Positions 1 to 9,121 of a DNA stretch of 64,000 bases are shown one piece after another. Source of the stretch: Minisyncoccota bacterium (GTDB taxonomy: Bacteria; Patescibacteriota; Minisyncoccia; Phycocordibacterales; UBA9973); NCBI GenBank assembly GCA_021734995.1, contig JAIPHX010000003.1, forward strand, positions 11,969 to 75,968, written 5' to 3'. A program made the position numbers and the translations under genes. The notes beneath the pieces were generated by a model that saw only the letters and a list, made by a program, of their open reading frames with translations, did no database searches and was not told the DNA's origin. Position 1 is the stretch's first letter; each line of letters begins with the position of its first letter.

Positions 1-618
1 TCCAACTCCTACAGAAAGATTTTTTGCATGTAAATCTTTTTTTAGAAATGATATGATCTCTGCTCCAGCTTGAATATTTTCTTTGACAGTAGGGAAGTCA
101 GGTACAAGCATATATTCTTGTATATCTAAGCCACTATCCGCGTGCTTTCCTCCGTTGATAACATTTAGCATCAATGTCGGCATCTTTTTAAGATCAGAAT
201 TATTTTCAGCAAGCTCAGCAATATGTTCAAAAAGTTCTTTTCCTTTGGCTATCGCTTCTGCTTTAGCAAAGGCCATCGATACGCCGAGAATAGCATTTCC
301 TCCAAGGCGGGATTTATTGGTAGTACCATCTAGAGCAATGAGAGTGTCGTCTAGGCTTTTTTGATTAAATTTTTTTCCTATAATTGTATCCTTTATTTCT
401 TTTTGTGTATTTTGGATTGCTTTTAAAACCCCTTTTCCTCCATAGCGTAGAGGGTCATTGTCTCTGAGCTCTACTACTTCATTGATACCTGTACTAGCTC
501 CTGAAGGAACCGAAAAAACACCCAGTGCTCCATTTTGAAGCTCACAGGTCACTTCTAAAGTAGGATTACCTCGTGAGTCCAAAATTTCTAAAGCATTGAT
601 GTTTTTGATTATTTGCAT
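1..618 (-). CDS. eno: Enolase (partial, runs off window start)
   Basis: Manual translation from ATG at 618: MQIIKNINALEILDSRGNPT...VPSGASTG...ELRD...LGGNAILGVS; not in ORF track because there is no stop in the window. Confidence 0.95.
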   Translation of the reverse strand, partial: MQIIKNINALEILDSRGNPTLEVTCELQNGALGVFSVPSGASTGINEVVELRDNDPLRYGGKGVLKAIQNTQKEIKDTIIGKKFNQKSLDDTLIALDGTTNKSRLGGNAILGVSMAFAKAEAIAKGKELFEHIAELAENNSDLKKMPTLMLNVINGGKHADSGLDIQEYMLVPDFPTVKENIQAGAEIISFLKKDLHAKNLSVGVG

Positions 619-628
619 TTTGTTTTTT

Positions 629-1432
629 TTATAAATTATTAAAAATTATTTTACCGCGTAGATTTTTTTCTGCTTCTACTGCGATTTTTTCCATAAACAT
701 AATTGCTTGAATAGGGTATTTACCGACGGTAGTCTCGTTGGAAAGCATCACTGCATCTGCGCCTGTCAATACAGCATTTGCAATATCAGTCACCTCTGCT
801 CTAGTAGGTCTTGGATTACTAATCATAGAGGTAAGCATTTCAGTAGCTACGATCACAGGCTTGCCCGCCTTTTTACATTCTTTAATAATCTTGTATTGGG
901 CAAAAGGAACTTTTTCCATTGGAATTTCATCTCCAAGATCACCTCTGGCTACCATCACTGCATCTGCTTTAGAAATTATTCTTTTCAAATTATCTATCGC
1001 TTCTTGTCTTTCTATCTTTGCAATAATTTTTTGGTTACCACCTGCATCTTTGATGACTTGTCTGCATTTGTCTATGTCTTTTGCGCTACCAACATAAGAA
1101 ACTGCAATGTATTCTATATTGTGTTTTACTCCGAATTTTATAAATTCTTCATCTTTTTTGGTAATAGCAGAGATTGCTTCCATATCTCTACCATGTCCTT
1201 CTTTCTTTGTAATCCTTGGTCCTGGAAGGTCTATCATAATCGGAATTCTTTTATTCATTTCTTTTGCGACCTTCTGTATCATCTTGATTGTCTTTTCTTT
1301 TTCTTCTAGGGTTCCCCAAGAGAAATTTAATCTAGCGACATCCATTTGATGCTCTATCATACTTTTTAAAACTTTTGGCTTATCAGAAACAGGTCCGATG
1401 GTAGCCACAATCTGTGCTTTTGAATACTTCAT
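629..1432 (-). CDS. pyk: Pyruvate kinase, short form (catalytic A domain only)
   Basis: IVATIGP, ARLNFS, IIAKIE, MVARGDLG, PTRAEVTD, MLSNET motifs. Confidence 0.9.
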   Translation of the reverse strand: MKYSKAQIVATIGPVSDKPKVLKSMIEHQMDVARLNFSWGTLEEKEKTIKMIQKVAKEMNKRIPIMIDLPGPRITKKEGHGRDMEAISAITKKDEEFIKFGVKHNIEYIAVSYVGSAKDIDKCRQVIKDAGGNQKIIAKIERQEAIDNLKRIISKADAVMVARGDLGDEIPMEKVPFAQYKIIKECKKAGKPVIVATEMLTSMISNPRPTRAEVTDIANAVLTGADAVMLSNETTVGKYPIQAIMFMEKIAVEAEKNLRGKIIFNNL

Positions 1433-2061
1433 GCGTTTACTTTTGATTCTATTATTCTTAATTGTTTGTCGACTTTCTTCCCATTAACGTCTATATCATA
1501 TATCATTACTGCTCCAAAAGGAAATTCTACTTCTGCCATCTTGTCATCCGTTATATCTTCAAGATATTTTAAAAGAGCACGGAGAGAATTTCCATGAGCA
1601 ACTATTAAAATATTTTTACCTTCTAATATTTTAGGTAAAACACTTTCGGTGAAAAATGGAATAACTCTTTCATATACCATTTTTAGAGATTCTCCATTTG
1701 GGATTGGGTAATCCCAAGAACGACGAAGTTTGTTGAATTCTTCTTCTCCGAGCAATTCTTTCATATCCCATTTATTTTTCCCTGTATAGTCTCCATAATC
1801 TCTTTCATCGAGGGCAGGGGAATGAATAGTCGGGACAGAATGCCATTCACATGTATTAAACATACAAGTGAGAGTTTCAATAGTGCGAACTCTAGTAGAG
1901 GTAAATGCTTCATCTACAGGAATATCTTGTATTAGAGCTCCCATCTCTCCTGCTTTTTCAAAACCATATTCAGTAAGGTGTTTGTCTACTTTACCAGTCC
2001 AAAGACCAAGTTTGTTCCATTCGGACTCATGATGTCTTGCTAGTAATAATTTTCCAAGCAT
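1429..2061 (-). CDS. gpmA: 2,3-BPG-dependent phosphoglycerate mutase
   Basis: RHHESEWN, LDERDYG, RRSWD, PNGESL, AHGNSLR motifs; glycolytic context. Confidence 0.92.
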   Translation of the reverse strand: MLGKLLLARHHESEWNKLGLWTGKVDKHLTEYGFEKAGEMGALIQDIPVDEAFTSTRVRTIETLTCMFNTCEWHSVPTIHSPALDERDYGDYTGKNKWDMKELLGEEEFNKLRRSWDYPIPNGESLKMVYERVIPFFTESVLPKILEGKNILIVAHGNSLRALLKYLEDITDDKMAEVEFPFGAVMIYDIDVNGKKVDKQLRIIESKVNA

Positions 2062-2070
2062 AAAATTTAT

Positions 2071-3048
2071 TTAATTTATAATATATTTTGGGGTGCGACC
2101 TTCGAGACAGTCTATAATATTTTGAGCAGAAATTTCAGCCATTTGATTTCGGACACTTACAGAAGCAGAAGCAATATGAGGAGTAAGGATAGTATTTGGT
2201 AATTTTTTTAATCGTGAGTTTACTTTTGGTTCAAATTCAAATACATCCAATCCTGCTCCAGCAATTGTTTTTGATTCAAGAGCTTTTACTAAAGCCACTT
2301 CATCTATCACGGCTCCTCTTGCTGTGTTGATAAGATAAGCGGTAGGTTTCATTAGAGCAAAAGTTTTTTCATTCATTAAATGAGTAGTAGATGGTAAAAG
2401 AGGAACATGTAGACTAACAAAATCAGAAAGAGAAAGAAGTTTCTCAATAGAATCTACATATTCTGCTTTGTAGTTATTTTCTAAATTTTCATTTCTTTTG
2501 ATATCTGTGTAAATAATTTTTAAACCAAGAGCAGATGCCATTTGGGCAGTTTTTTCACCAATACGTCCACCACCTACTAGACCAAGAGTTTTGTTTTGTA
2601 GATCAGATCCCAAAAAAAGCATTGGTACCCAGCCTTTATATTTTCCATCTCGGATAAATCTATCTCCATCTACAATTTTTTTACCAAGAGCAAACATGAA
2701 TGCGATTACTTGTTCGGCTACCGCATCAGGGGTCAGTGGAGCAGGGGAGTTGGCTACCATAATCCCCATTTTTTTTGCTTCCTCTATGTTTATATTATCA
2801 AAACCCGTTGCATAGTTGGAAAAGATTTTCACACCTTTGCTTGCTTCACATACATCTTGATCAATTTGGTCTGTTAGCAAACTAAGCACTGCTGTGTATT
2901 CTCCTTTTTTTAATATTTTAATTAATTTTCTTTTTGAAAGATTTTCATCTTTTGGATTTACTTCTACGATATATCCTTTAGCTTTTAGCATTTGTTCGGC
3001 TATTTCAGGAATTTTTCTGGTAATATAGATTTTATGCTGATTGTTCAT
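2071..3048 (-). CDS. D-2-hydroxyacid dehydrogenase (D-glycerate dehydrogenase/glyoxylate reductase family)
   Basis: GxGxxG (GGGRIG), INTARG, GLDVFEFEP, TPHIAS. Confidence 0.9.
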   Translation of the reverse strand: MNNQHKIYITRKIPEIAEQMLKAKGYIVEVNPKDENLSKRKLIKILKKGEYTAVLSLLTDQIDQDVCEASKGVKIFSNYATGFDNINIEEAKKMGIMVANSPAPLTPDAVAEQVIAFMFALGKKIVDGDRFIRDGKYKGWVPMLFLGSDLQNKTLGLVGGGRIGEKTAQMASALGLKIIYTDIKRNENLENNYKAEYVDSIEKLLSLSDFVSLHVPLLPSTTHLMNEKTFALMKPTAYLINTARGAVIDEVALVKALESKTIAGAGLDVFEFEPKVNSRLKKLPNTILTPHIASASVSVRNQMAEISAQNIIDCLEGRTPKYIIN

Positions 3049-3088
3049 TTATTATTTCATTAATTTTTAAATATTTTATATCTCGACT

Positions 3089-4231
3089 TTATATATGTTC
3101 TACTCCAACTGCTTCTTCTATGTTTTTAAATCCATCTCTTTTTAAAAGTTTTACTAATCCTTGATTGATCTCACTGATCACTTGAGGTCCTTCAAAAATC
3201 ATTCCTGTAATCATTTGTAGAAGAGAAGAGCCAAGTCGAATTTTTCTATATGCATCTTCCGCGTTAAATATTCCACCTGAGCCGATGATAACAAAATCTT
3301 TCCCTTCTTTTTTCATTGGTAAGACTAAATTTTTGTACATATAGCTGATCATTTTGTCTGAGGAAGCGTCCACTGCTTTGCCGGACAATCCACCTTTTAT
3401 TGGGGTGTTTTTCCCTAGTTCCATTATTTTTTCCTTTCGCTTGGTTAAGTTTGTGCAGATGACGCCATCTACTTTGTGCTTTTTGATTATGGTTATGATG
3501 TTTTGCATATCTTCAAAAGACATATCAGGAGAAAGTTTTAGAAATACTGGCTTGGTAGGATTAGTGGTATCTATAACATCCAAAAGATAATCTAGATTGT
3601 GGGGGATTATGAATGGCTGACCACCAGAGGTGTTGGGACAAGAAATATTGATAGTCATATACTGACTATATGGATACATTGTTTTGAAAGCATGCAAATA
3701 ATCCAGCACTGCATTTTTTATATTTATATTTTCTTGGCAATTTGTCATTGCTACACTCATACCTATTGGAATTTCAAATTTTTGTCCTTCCAGTCTTTTG
3801 GCAATTTTGTCACATCCTTCATTTTTGAGACCATAATATACTGCTAGACTCTTTGCCTCTTTTAGTCTCCAAAGTCTTGGTTTTGGATTACCTTGGCAAG
3901 CTTTTCCTGTAATGGATCCTACTTCTGCAAAACCAAAGCCAACGAAAGGCAAAATACCAGTAAGCTTTGCGTCTTTATCAAAACCCGCAGAGAGTCCGAC
4001 TGGGTTTTCAAAATGTATATTAAATATTTTTTGTGAAAGGATTGGATTTTGATAATCAAAAAGTGCCTCGGTCATTTTTTTACCAAAAGAATATCTAGAA
4101 AGAAAAATGCCCATATCGGTCATTTTATCGTGCACTTTTTCTGGGTCTTCTAAAAAAAACATAGGCTTCAAAATATGCTTATACAACCCATGCGTTATTA
4201 TGTTTCTATATTCTACACTTTTTTCACTCAT
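3089..4231 (-). CDS. pyrD: Quinone-dependent (class 2) dihydroorotate dehydrogenase
   Basis: NPVGLSAGFDK, GNPKPRLWRL, NISCPNT, KLSPD, GGLSG; N-terminal DPEKVH helix. Confidence 0.92.
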   Translation of the reverse strand: MSEKSVEYRNIITHGLYKHILKPMFFLEDPEKVHDKMTDMGIFLSRYSFGKKMTEALFDYQNPILSQKIFNIHFENPVGLSAGFDKDAKLTGILPFVGFGFAEVGSITGKACQGNPKPRLWRLKEAKSLAVYYGLKNEGCDKIAKRLEGQKFEIPIGMSVAMTNCQENINIKNAVLDYLHAFKTMYPYSQYMTINISCPNTSGGQPFIIPHNLDYLLDVIDTTNPTKPVFLKLSPDMSFEDMQNIITIIKKHKVDGVICTNLTKRKEKIMELGKNTPIKGGLSGKAVDASSDKMISYMYKNLVLPMKKEGKDFVIIGSGGIFNAEDAYRKIRLGSSLLQMITGMIFEGPQVISEINQGLVKLLKRDGFKNIEEAVGVEHI

Positions 4232-4243
4232 ATATTTTTAAAA

Positions 4244-4624
4244 TTAATGATGTTCGTGCTCATCTGCTTCTGCCTCGGCCTTTGTCTTGTGAATAGTTCC
4301 CTCAGGGTGATTTGATGGAGCATAGATAGTATATAGCTTCATTTTTTCGGTAGCGGATGTGTTTATAATATTGTGAGTTGTGCCAGAAGGGACAATCACT
4401 GCACTACCATCTGCTAAAGCAAACTCTTCTCCATTTAGTATTGCTTTACCATTACCTTTTTCTACTCTGATAAATTGGTCTAGATGATGTACTTCTTCAC
4501 CAATATCTTCTAGGGGAAGCAAACTCATCACTACGAGTTGCATGTTGCCTGAAGTATGTAGTACTTCACGGAAGTTATCATTTTTAATAGATTGCTCTTC
4601 TAAGTTGTTTGTATAGTATTTCAT
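4244..4624 (-). CDS. Cupin domain protein
   Basis: QLVVMSL..EDIGEEVH, VPSGTTHNIIN, LYTIYAP. Confidence 0.85.
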   Translation of the reverse strand: MKYYTNNLEEQSIKNDNFREVLHTSGNMQLVVMSLLPLEDIGEEVHHLDQFIRVEKGNGKAILNGEEFALADGSAVIVPSGTTHNIINTSATEKMKLYTIYAPSNHPEGTIHKTKAEAEADEHEHH

Positions 4625-4652
4625 ACTTATATTATATCACTTTTTTAATAAA

Positions 4653-4686
4653 TACAAAAAAACACCCTTTTGGGGTGCTTTTTGTG
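4653..4686. terminator. Intrinsic terminator (bidirectional shape)
   Basis: caccct-ttt-ggggtg hairpin flanked by A and T runs, downstream of the small ORF at 4705-4824. Confidence 0.7.
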
Positions 4687-4704
4687 TACTTTAATTCGGT
4701 AGGT

Positions 4705-4824
4705 TTATTGAGCAGTAGCTTCTCCTTCAACAGGAGCTGCTGCTGTGCCCATATCTGCGCCTTCATTAGCTGGAACATCAGATGCTGGAACATCAGATGC
4801 TGGAACATTTGTGTTTTCGTCCAT
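4705..4824 (-). CDS. 39-aa acidic low-complexity microprotein
   Basis: ATG at 4824; MDENTNVPASDVPASDVPANEG...; 15-bp tandem repeat in frame; terminator follows. Confidence 0.55.
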   Translation of the reverse strand: MDENTNVPASDVPASDVPANEGADMGTAAAPVEGEATAQ

Positions 4825-4966
4825 AAAAATATTTTTTAAATTAAACTGACAATAGACGACCTTTAGACACCATAACAAAATTAGCAAGATATGGCAAGCT
4901 TTTTTTGCAAATTTGCTTAAAAAATAAAGGGATTATGGAATTTTTGGTCTTTAAGTGGGGTCTAGG

Positions 4967-5878
4967 CTAGATCCAATTTCTGAGCTTAAAGAAGGTAAAT
5001 AGCCCCAAAGCTACTGCTAGCATGAAGCTAATAATTTCAAAAAAACCATTACTACTTTCGGCAAAAGGAAGATGGATTAAATTCATACCATAAATACCTG
5101 CGATAAGGTTGAGGGGGAGGAAAATAACAGAGAAAACAGTCAGGACGGAGATGATGCTGTTCATTCTGTGATTGATAAACATTTCATGAGCTTTGGATAG
5201 GGTTTTTAAAAGGTTGTGATAATCTTCCAAAGTATCTCTTTGGCTGAAGATTTTGTCGGCGATATCTCCCCAATATTCTTTCATGGAAATTCCATTAAAT
5301 GTGATATCTTTTTTTTCTAGCTCATTGAAGTGTGGAGCCGAGGTGACTAGGGAAGTGATGAAATAAATAATATTTCTTTGAAGGACGGCTGTCTCTCGGA
5401 TGATGTTTGGGGATTTGATACTTAAAATAGTGTCATCTATTCTTTGGATAGATCGAGCGATACGCATAATAGTATGATCTGACATTTCAAATATTTTTTC
5501 CAAGAAACGATACATCAGTAGCCCAGGAGTTTCTGGTAAAGAAATATCTGCGATTTCTCCTTCTTGGGATTGCTCAATAGTAAAGATGTTGGTCTTTTGG
5601 TGTGTGATAGTGATCACATCGTCTTTGGTCAAGAAAAAAGAAACTTCAAAATTGGTTGCTTTTTTTGCTGGCTCTATGCCCGTAGGAAGGGTCTCAGACA
5701 AGAAAAGGTATTTGTCTGTGATGTCCATTTTGGAGTGAGTAACTCTTTCCATGGAGTCTTCAAGGTTGGTGGGGTGAATGAAAGGGAATTCTTTTTTTAA
5801 AAATTCTATATCGTCTTGATTGGGCTCTTGGATATCAATCCATCTTCCTTCTTGTAGTTTGTGAATAGTATATGACAT
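4967..5878 (-). CDS. corA: CorA-family Mg2+ transporter
   Basis: WIDI..P N-terminus, C-terminal two TM helices with YGMN motif. Confidence 0.92.
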   Translation of the reverse strand: MSYTIHKLQEGRWIDIQEPNQDDIEFLKKEFPFIHPTNLEDSMERVTHSKMDITDKYLFLSETLPTGIEPAKKATNFEVSFFLTKDDVITITHQKTNIFTIEQSQEGEIADISLPETPGLLMYRFLEKIFEMSDHTIMRIARSIQRIDDTILSIKSPNIIRETAVLQRNIIYFITSLVTSAPHFNELEKKDITFNGISMKEYWGDIADKIFSQRDTLEDYHNLLKTLSKAHEMFINHRMNSIISVLTVFSVIFLPLNLIAGIYGMNLIHLPFAESSNGFFEIISFMLAVALGLFTFFKLRNWI

Positions 5879-5899
5879 AACGAGTTTGATTATACCATT

Positions 5900-6166
5900 T
5901 TAATTTGTTATTTCAATGGTTTTTTGTTTATTTTTTTCTCCACGTAATATTTTTATATTACTTTTTGGAACTTTAAAATACTTAGAAAGAATTTTAAAAA
6001 TTTCTTCGTTCGCTTTGTTTTTTACAGGAAGAGCTTTGACGCTGACTAAATATTCTTCAATGTCTTTGTCTTGAGGAGTACTTTTGTGGAGGTTGTTTTC
6101 TGTATCTTGCACTTTCTCTATTTTGTTTGTTTTAGCTCTAGTTTTTACTTTTATTTTTATAAGCAT
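5900..6166 (-). CDS. DUF167/YggU family protein
   Basis: IKVKTRAK, V.A.PV..KANEE, KVPKSNI.I.RG..K. Confidence 0.85.
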   Translation of the reverse strand: MLIKIKVKTRAKTNKIEKVQDTENNLHKSTPQDKDIEEYLVSVKALPVKNKANEEIFKILSKYFKVPKSNIKILRGEKNKQKTIEITN

Positions 6167-6260
6167 AGGTCCATTGTAGCAAAAGATTGATTAAAGGGTT
6201 ATTTTGTATTAGAGTTAAAATACTTGTAGAGGCAATTATTAATATAACTGCCAAAGTCAT

Positions 6261-6331
6261 TGCGAGATCGTCTAATGGTAGGACAACGGTTTCTGGAACC
6301 GTCTATCTAGGTTCGAATCCTAGTCTCGCAG
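6261..6331 (+). tRNA. tRNA-Gln (anticodon CTG)
   Basis: Acceptor tgcgaga/tctcgca, D loop taatggta, anticodon arm acggt-ttCTGga-accgt, T arm ctagg-ttcgaat-cctag; CCA not encoded. Confidence 0.95.
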
Positions 6332-6354
6332 CAGTCTAGTTTTTCGTACCTAGT

Positions 6355-6369
6355 GACCAAGATGGGTGT
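6355..6369 (+). repeat. Left inverted repeat (candidate attL arm) gaccaagatgggtgt
   Basis: 14/15 reverse-complement match to 17715-17729. Confidence 0.6.
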
Positions 6370-6401
6370 TCTGTGTTAATTTTTTAATATAATTCTAACT
6401 T

Positions 6402-9113
6402 ATGAATAAACTGGATAAAGAAATACTAACCATCGATAAGGCCATTTGTAAAAATATCGATAAATACCACGCATCAGAAAGAGGTCTTTTGGCGCAGAAT
6501 ATCCTTTCTCAGCTCAGAAATTTTATAGAACGCGTCGCTCTTAAAGAAGAAACCAACGGACAAGATATTGATTTTAATTTCGAGGATTTAAAAAGAGCTC
6601 CAAATAGACTACAGCCAAATGGGTCACTATGGTTTATTAGAAGGTTCCATAATTTTCTGCAAGGTGTTGCAGGTCACGATACTCAAACCGAAGAAAATTC
6701 TGAGCGCTTGATGTTAAAATATTATGAATATTTACTAAGAGTCAAAGCCTACCTAAAAAATACTCACGGTTTAGATGTTCTAGATAATATTGATAAATTT
6801 CCAATAAATACTGACCCTGCGTTGCAACAGTATTATGAAAAGATAGCTGAAAGAATTGAGCGTCCAACTAAAACAAGAATAATCAATTCTTATAATGGAC
6901 GCTATTACATTCAAAAGATTAAACCATTTTTTGTTAATCACGAAATATACTATGAAGTCACTTTTACAATTGCCAGTGCTCAAGTTAGTAAATTTGATAG
7001 AGTTATTGCTTTTACGAAATTGAATATCCCTGATAATTACGCTGTTAAATTTTCTTTAATTCATGACGACATAGAGGTCTTAAGCAAAAAAATGCCCATA
7101 CAAATTATCGATAAATTTGAAGTTTCTATAAGGCCTTGCGAACTCAACAATTTTGGTCGCATTTTAGGTGAGAATGTAAAGATCGAGACAAAAAATGCAG
7201 AGTATAAAAATCTAATGGGTTTTCTAACAGACACAAAGCTAAGCCTCGTTGAGCTTATTGACCTTCCAGATGATTATTATGATGCTATAAAAACACGAAT
7301 CGTTCAGGGTCTTCAGGTTGTATACTTTTTGCCAATCTTAGACAAAGTGAGGACTCTAGTTAAGAACAATGAAGTTGGCATCAACGTAGTTAGATACTTA
7401 CTCCATTGTTTAAATAATAGAATTATAAAGTTACAGAATAGTTATTATGGCGGGTATAAACTTCGCACAGACTTCAATCTAAATCTTGGATGTAAGCCGT
7501 TCGACACAATGCCCGTTAACTCATCTTTAATAGGACATAATCCCGAAATTTCAACCGTTTTTGAATGTATTGATGCAACAGATCGAGAACACGAACTATT
7601 TGGAAGACTTATAAAAAACAATACAGAGAATAAGGGAAAGCTGTACACACCTCTAACAGGTTTGATCAAGACAAAGAAAGAAATTGAATCTCTTGTTAAG
7701 ACTTATAATAGTAAGTTGTATCTCCCCAAACATAACCATCGCAAGCTGGAGAATTTTAATGATTTTATTTATATAAATGGATATGAAAAAGATACTTTAG
7801 ACATTATCAAAAAATTTAAAGAATTGACCTTAAATGGTATAAGCAACTACTCAAATTCGGTGGACTCATGGTTAAGATCATCTGCGTACAAAATTGATTG
7901 CAAGGATAAAGAAAAAATACTCAGACAGTTATTTGCTGATTCAGAGATAGCCTTGGTATATGGGGCAGCGGGAACAGGAAAATCGACATTAATAAATCAC
8001 ATATCAAACTTTTTCAACGATAATAAAAAGCTCTATTTAGCAAATACCTATCCAGCACTTGATAATTTAAAGAGAAAAGTAACCGCAGCAAATTGCAAGT
8101 TTCAGACAATCGCAAAGTTTCTATCACCTAAAAACACTGAAGTCGACTTTGATATTCTCATCATTGATGAGTGTAGTACTGTCAGCAACATACATATGGT
8201 TAATGTCTTGAGTAAGGTAAAATTCAAATCATTGATACTAGTTGGCGATGTGTTTCAAATTGAACCTATCATATTTGGAAACTGGTTTAATATCGCGCGA
8301 TATTTTATACCCAAGACTGCTGTCTCAGAATTAACCGTTCCTTATCGCACTACCAACAAAGAATTGATTGAATTCTGGAATAGGGTCAGAAACTTACAAG
8401 ACAACATTCTTGAAAGTATGACTAGAAACGATTATACCACTGTTTTGAATGAATCAATTTTTAAGAACCTTGAAGATGATGAAATTATTCTTTGTTTAAA
8501 CTATGATGGCCTGTATGGCATCAATAACTTAAACAGGTTTCTTCAGAATAGTAACGAAAACGCACCTGTTGATTGGGATATACAAACCTACAAGACTGGA
8601 GATCCAATACTTTTTAATGAAACCGAAAGATTCGCGCCACTAATATACAATAACCTTAAAGGTAGGATTGTTGACATAAATAAAGCCGAGAAGCAAATTC
8701 AATTTGATATTGAAATTGACAAGGCCATAAACGAACTACAAGCATCTGACTATGATTTTAAGTTAGTTGGAAGTGCTGAAAATGGAAACTCAATCATTAG
8801 ATTCATTGTTAATGAGCGAGGCAACACGGATGAAGATGATGATCCTTTAGATTCCGTAGTTCCATTTCAGGTTGCTTATGCTATTTCTATTCATAAAGCT
8901 CAAGGTCTAGAGTATAATTCAGTAAAGATTGTTATCTCAAGTGAGACTGAAGAAATGATAACTCATAACATTTTCTATACAGCCATAACTAGAGCCAAGG
9001 AGAAACTAAAAATATATTGGACACCTGAAGCAGAGAAAAAAGTTTTGGCTGGTTTTCAAAAACTTGATAGTACTGAAGATGTAGAGATTTTATTTTCAAG
9101 GTTAAGTCCATAG
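6402..9113 (+). CDS. SF1B RecD-like helicase with large N-terminal extension (possible Nhi-like nuclease-helicase)
   Basis: Walker A GAAGTGKS, IIDECS, LVGDVFQ, AYAISIHKAQGLEY, YTAITRA; ~500-aa N-terminal region with HEPN-like pattern. Confidence 0.8.
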   Translation: MNKLDKEILTIDKAICKNIDKYHASERGLLAQNILSQLRNFIERVALKEETNGQDIDFNFEDLKRAPNRLQPNGSLWFIRRFHNFLQGVAGHDTQTEENSERLMLKYYEYLLRVKAYLKNTHGLDVLDNIDKFPINTDPALQQYYEKIAERIERPTKTRIINSYNGRYYIQKIKPFFVNHEIYYEVTFTIASAQVSKFDRVIAFTKLNIPDNYAVKFSLIHDDIEVLSKKMPIQIIDKFEVSIRPCELNNFGRILGENVKIETKNAEYKNLMGFLTDTKLSLVELIDLPDDYYDAIKTRIVQGLQVVYFLPILDKVRTLVKNNEVGINVVRYLLHCLNNRIIKLQNSYYGGYKLRTDFNLNLGCKPFDTMPVNSSLIGHNPEISTVFECIDATDREHELFGRLIKNNTENKGKLYTPLTGLIKTKKEIESLVKTYNSKLYLPKHNHRKLENFNDFIYINGYEKDTLDIIKKFKELTLNGISNYSNSVDSWLRSSAYKIDCKDKEKILRQLFADSEIALVYGAAGTGKSTLINHISNFFNDNKKLYLANTYPALDNLKRKVTAANCKFQTIAKFLSPKNTEVDFDILIIDECSTVSNIHMVNVLSKVKFKSLILVGDVFQIEPIIFGNWFNIARYFIPKTAVSELTVPYRTTNKELIEFWNRVRNLQDNILESMTRNDYTTVLNESIFKNLEDDEIILCLNYDGLYGINNLNRFLQNSNENAPVDWDIQTYKTGDPILFNETERFAPLIYNNLKGRIVDINKAEKQIQFDIEIDKAINELQASDYDFKLVGSAENGNSIIRFIVNERGNTDEDDDPLDSVVPFQVAYAISIHKAQGLEYNSVKIVISSETEEMITHNIFYTAITRAKEKLKIYWTPEAEKKVLAGFQKLDSTEDVEILFSRLSP

Positions 9114-9121
9114 TAACTAAT

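Noticed and set aside
83-1349. Plus-strand ORFs over eno/pyk
   Set aside because: Antisense to well-supported glycolytic genes
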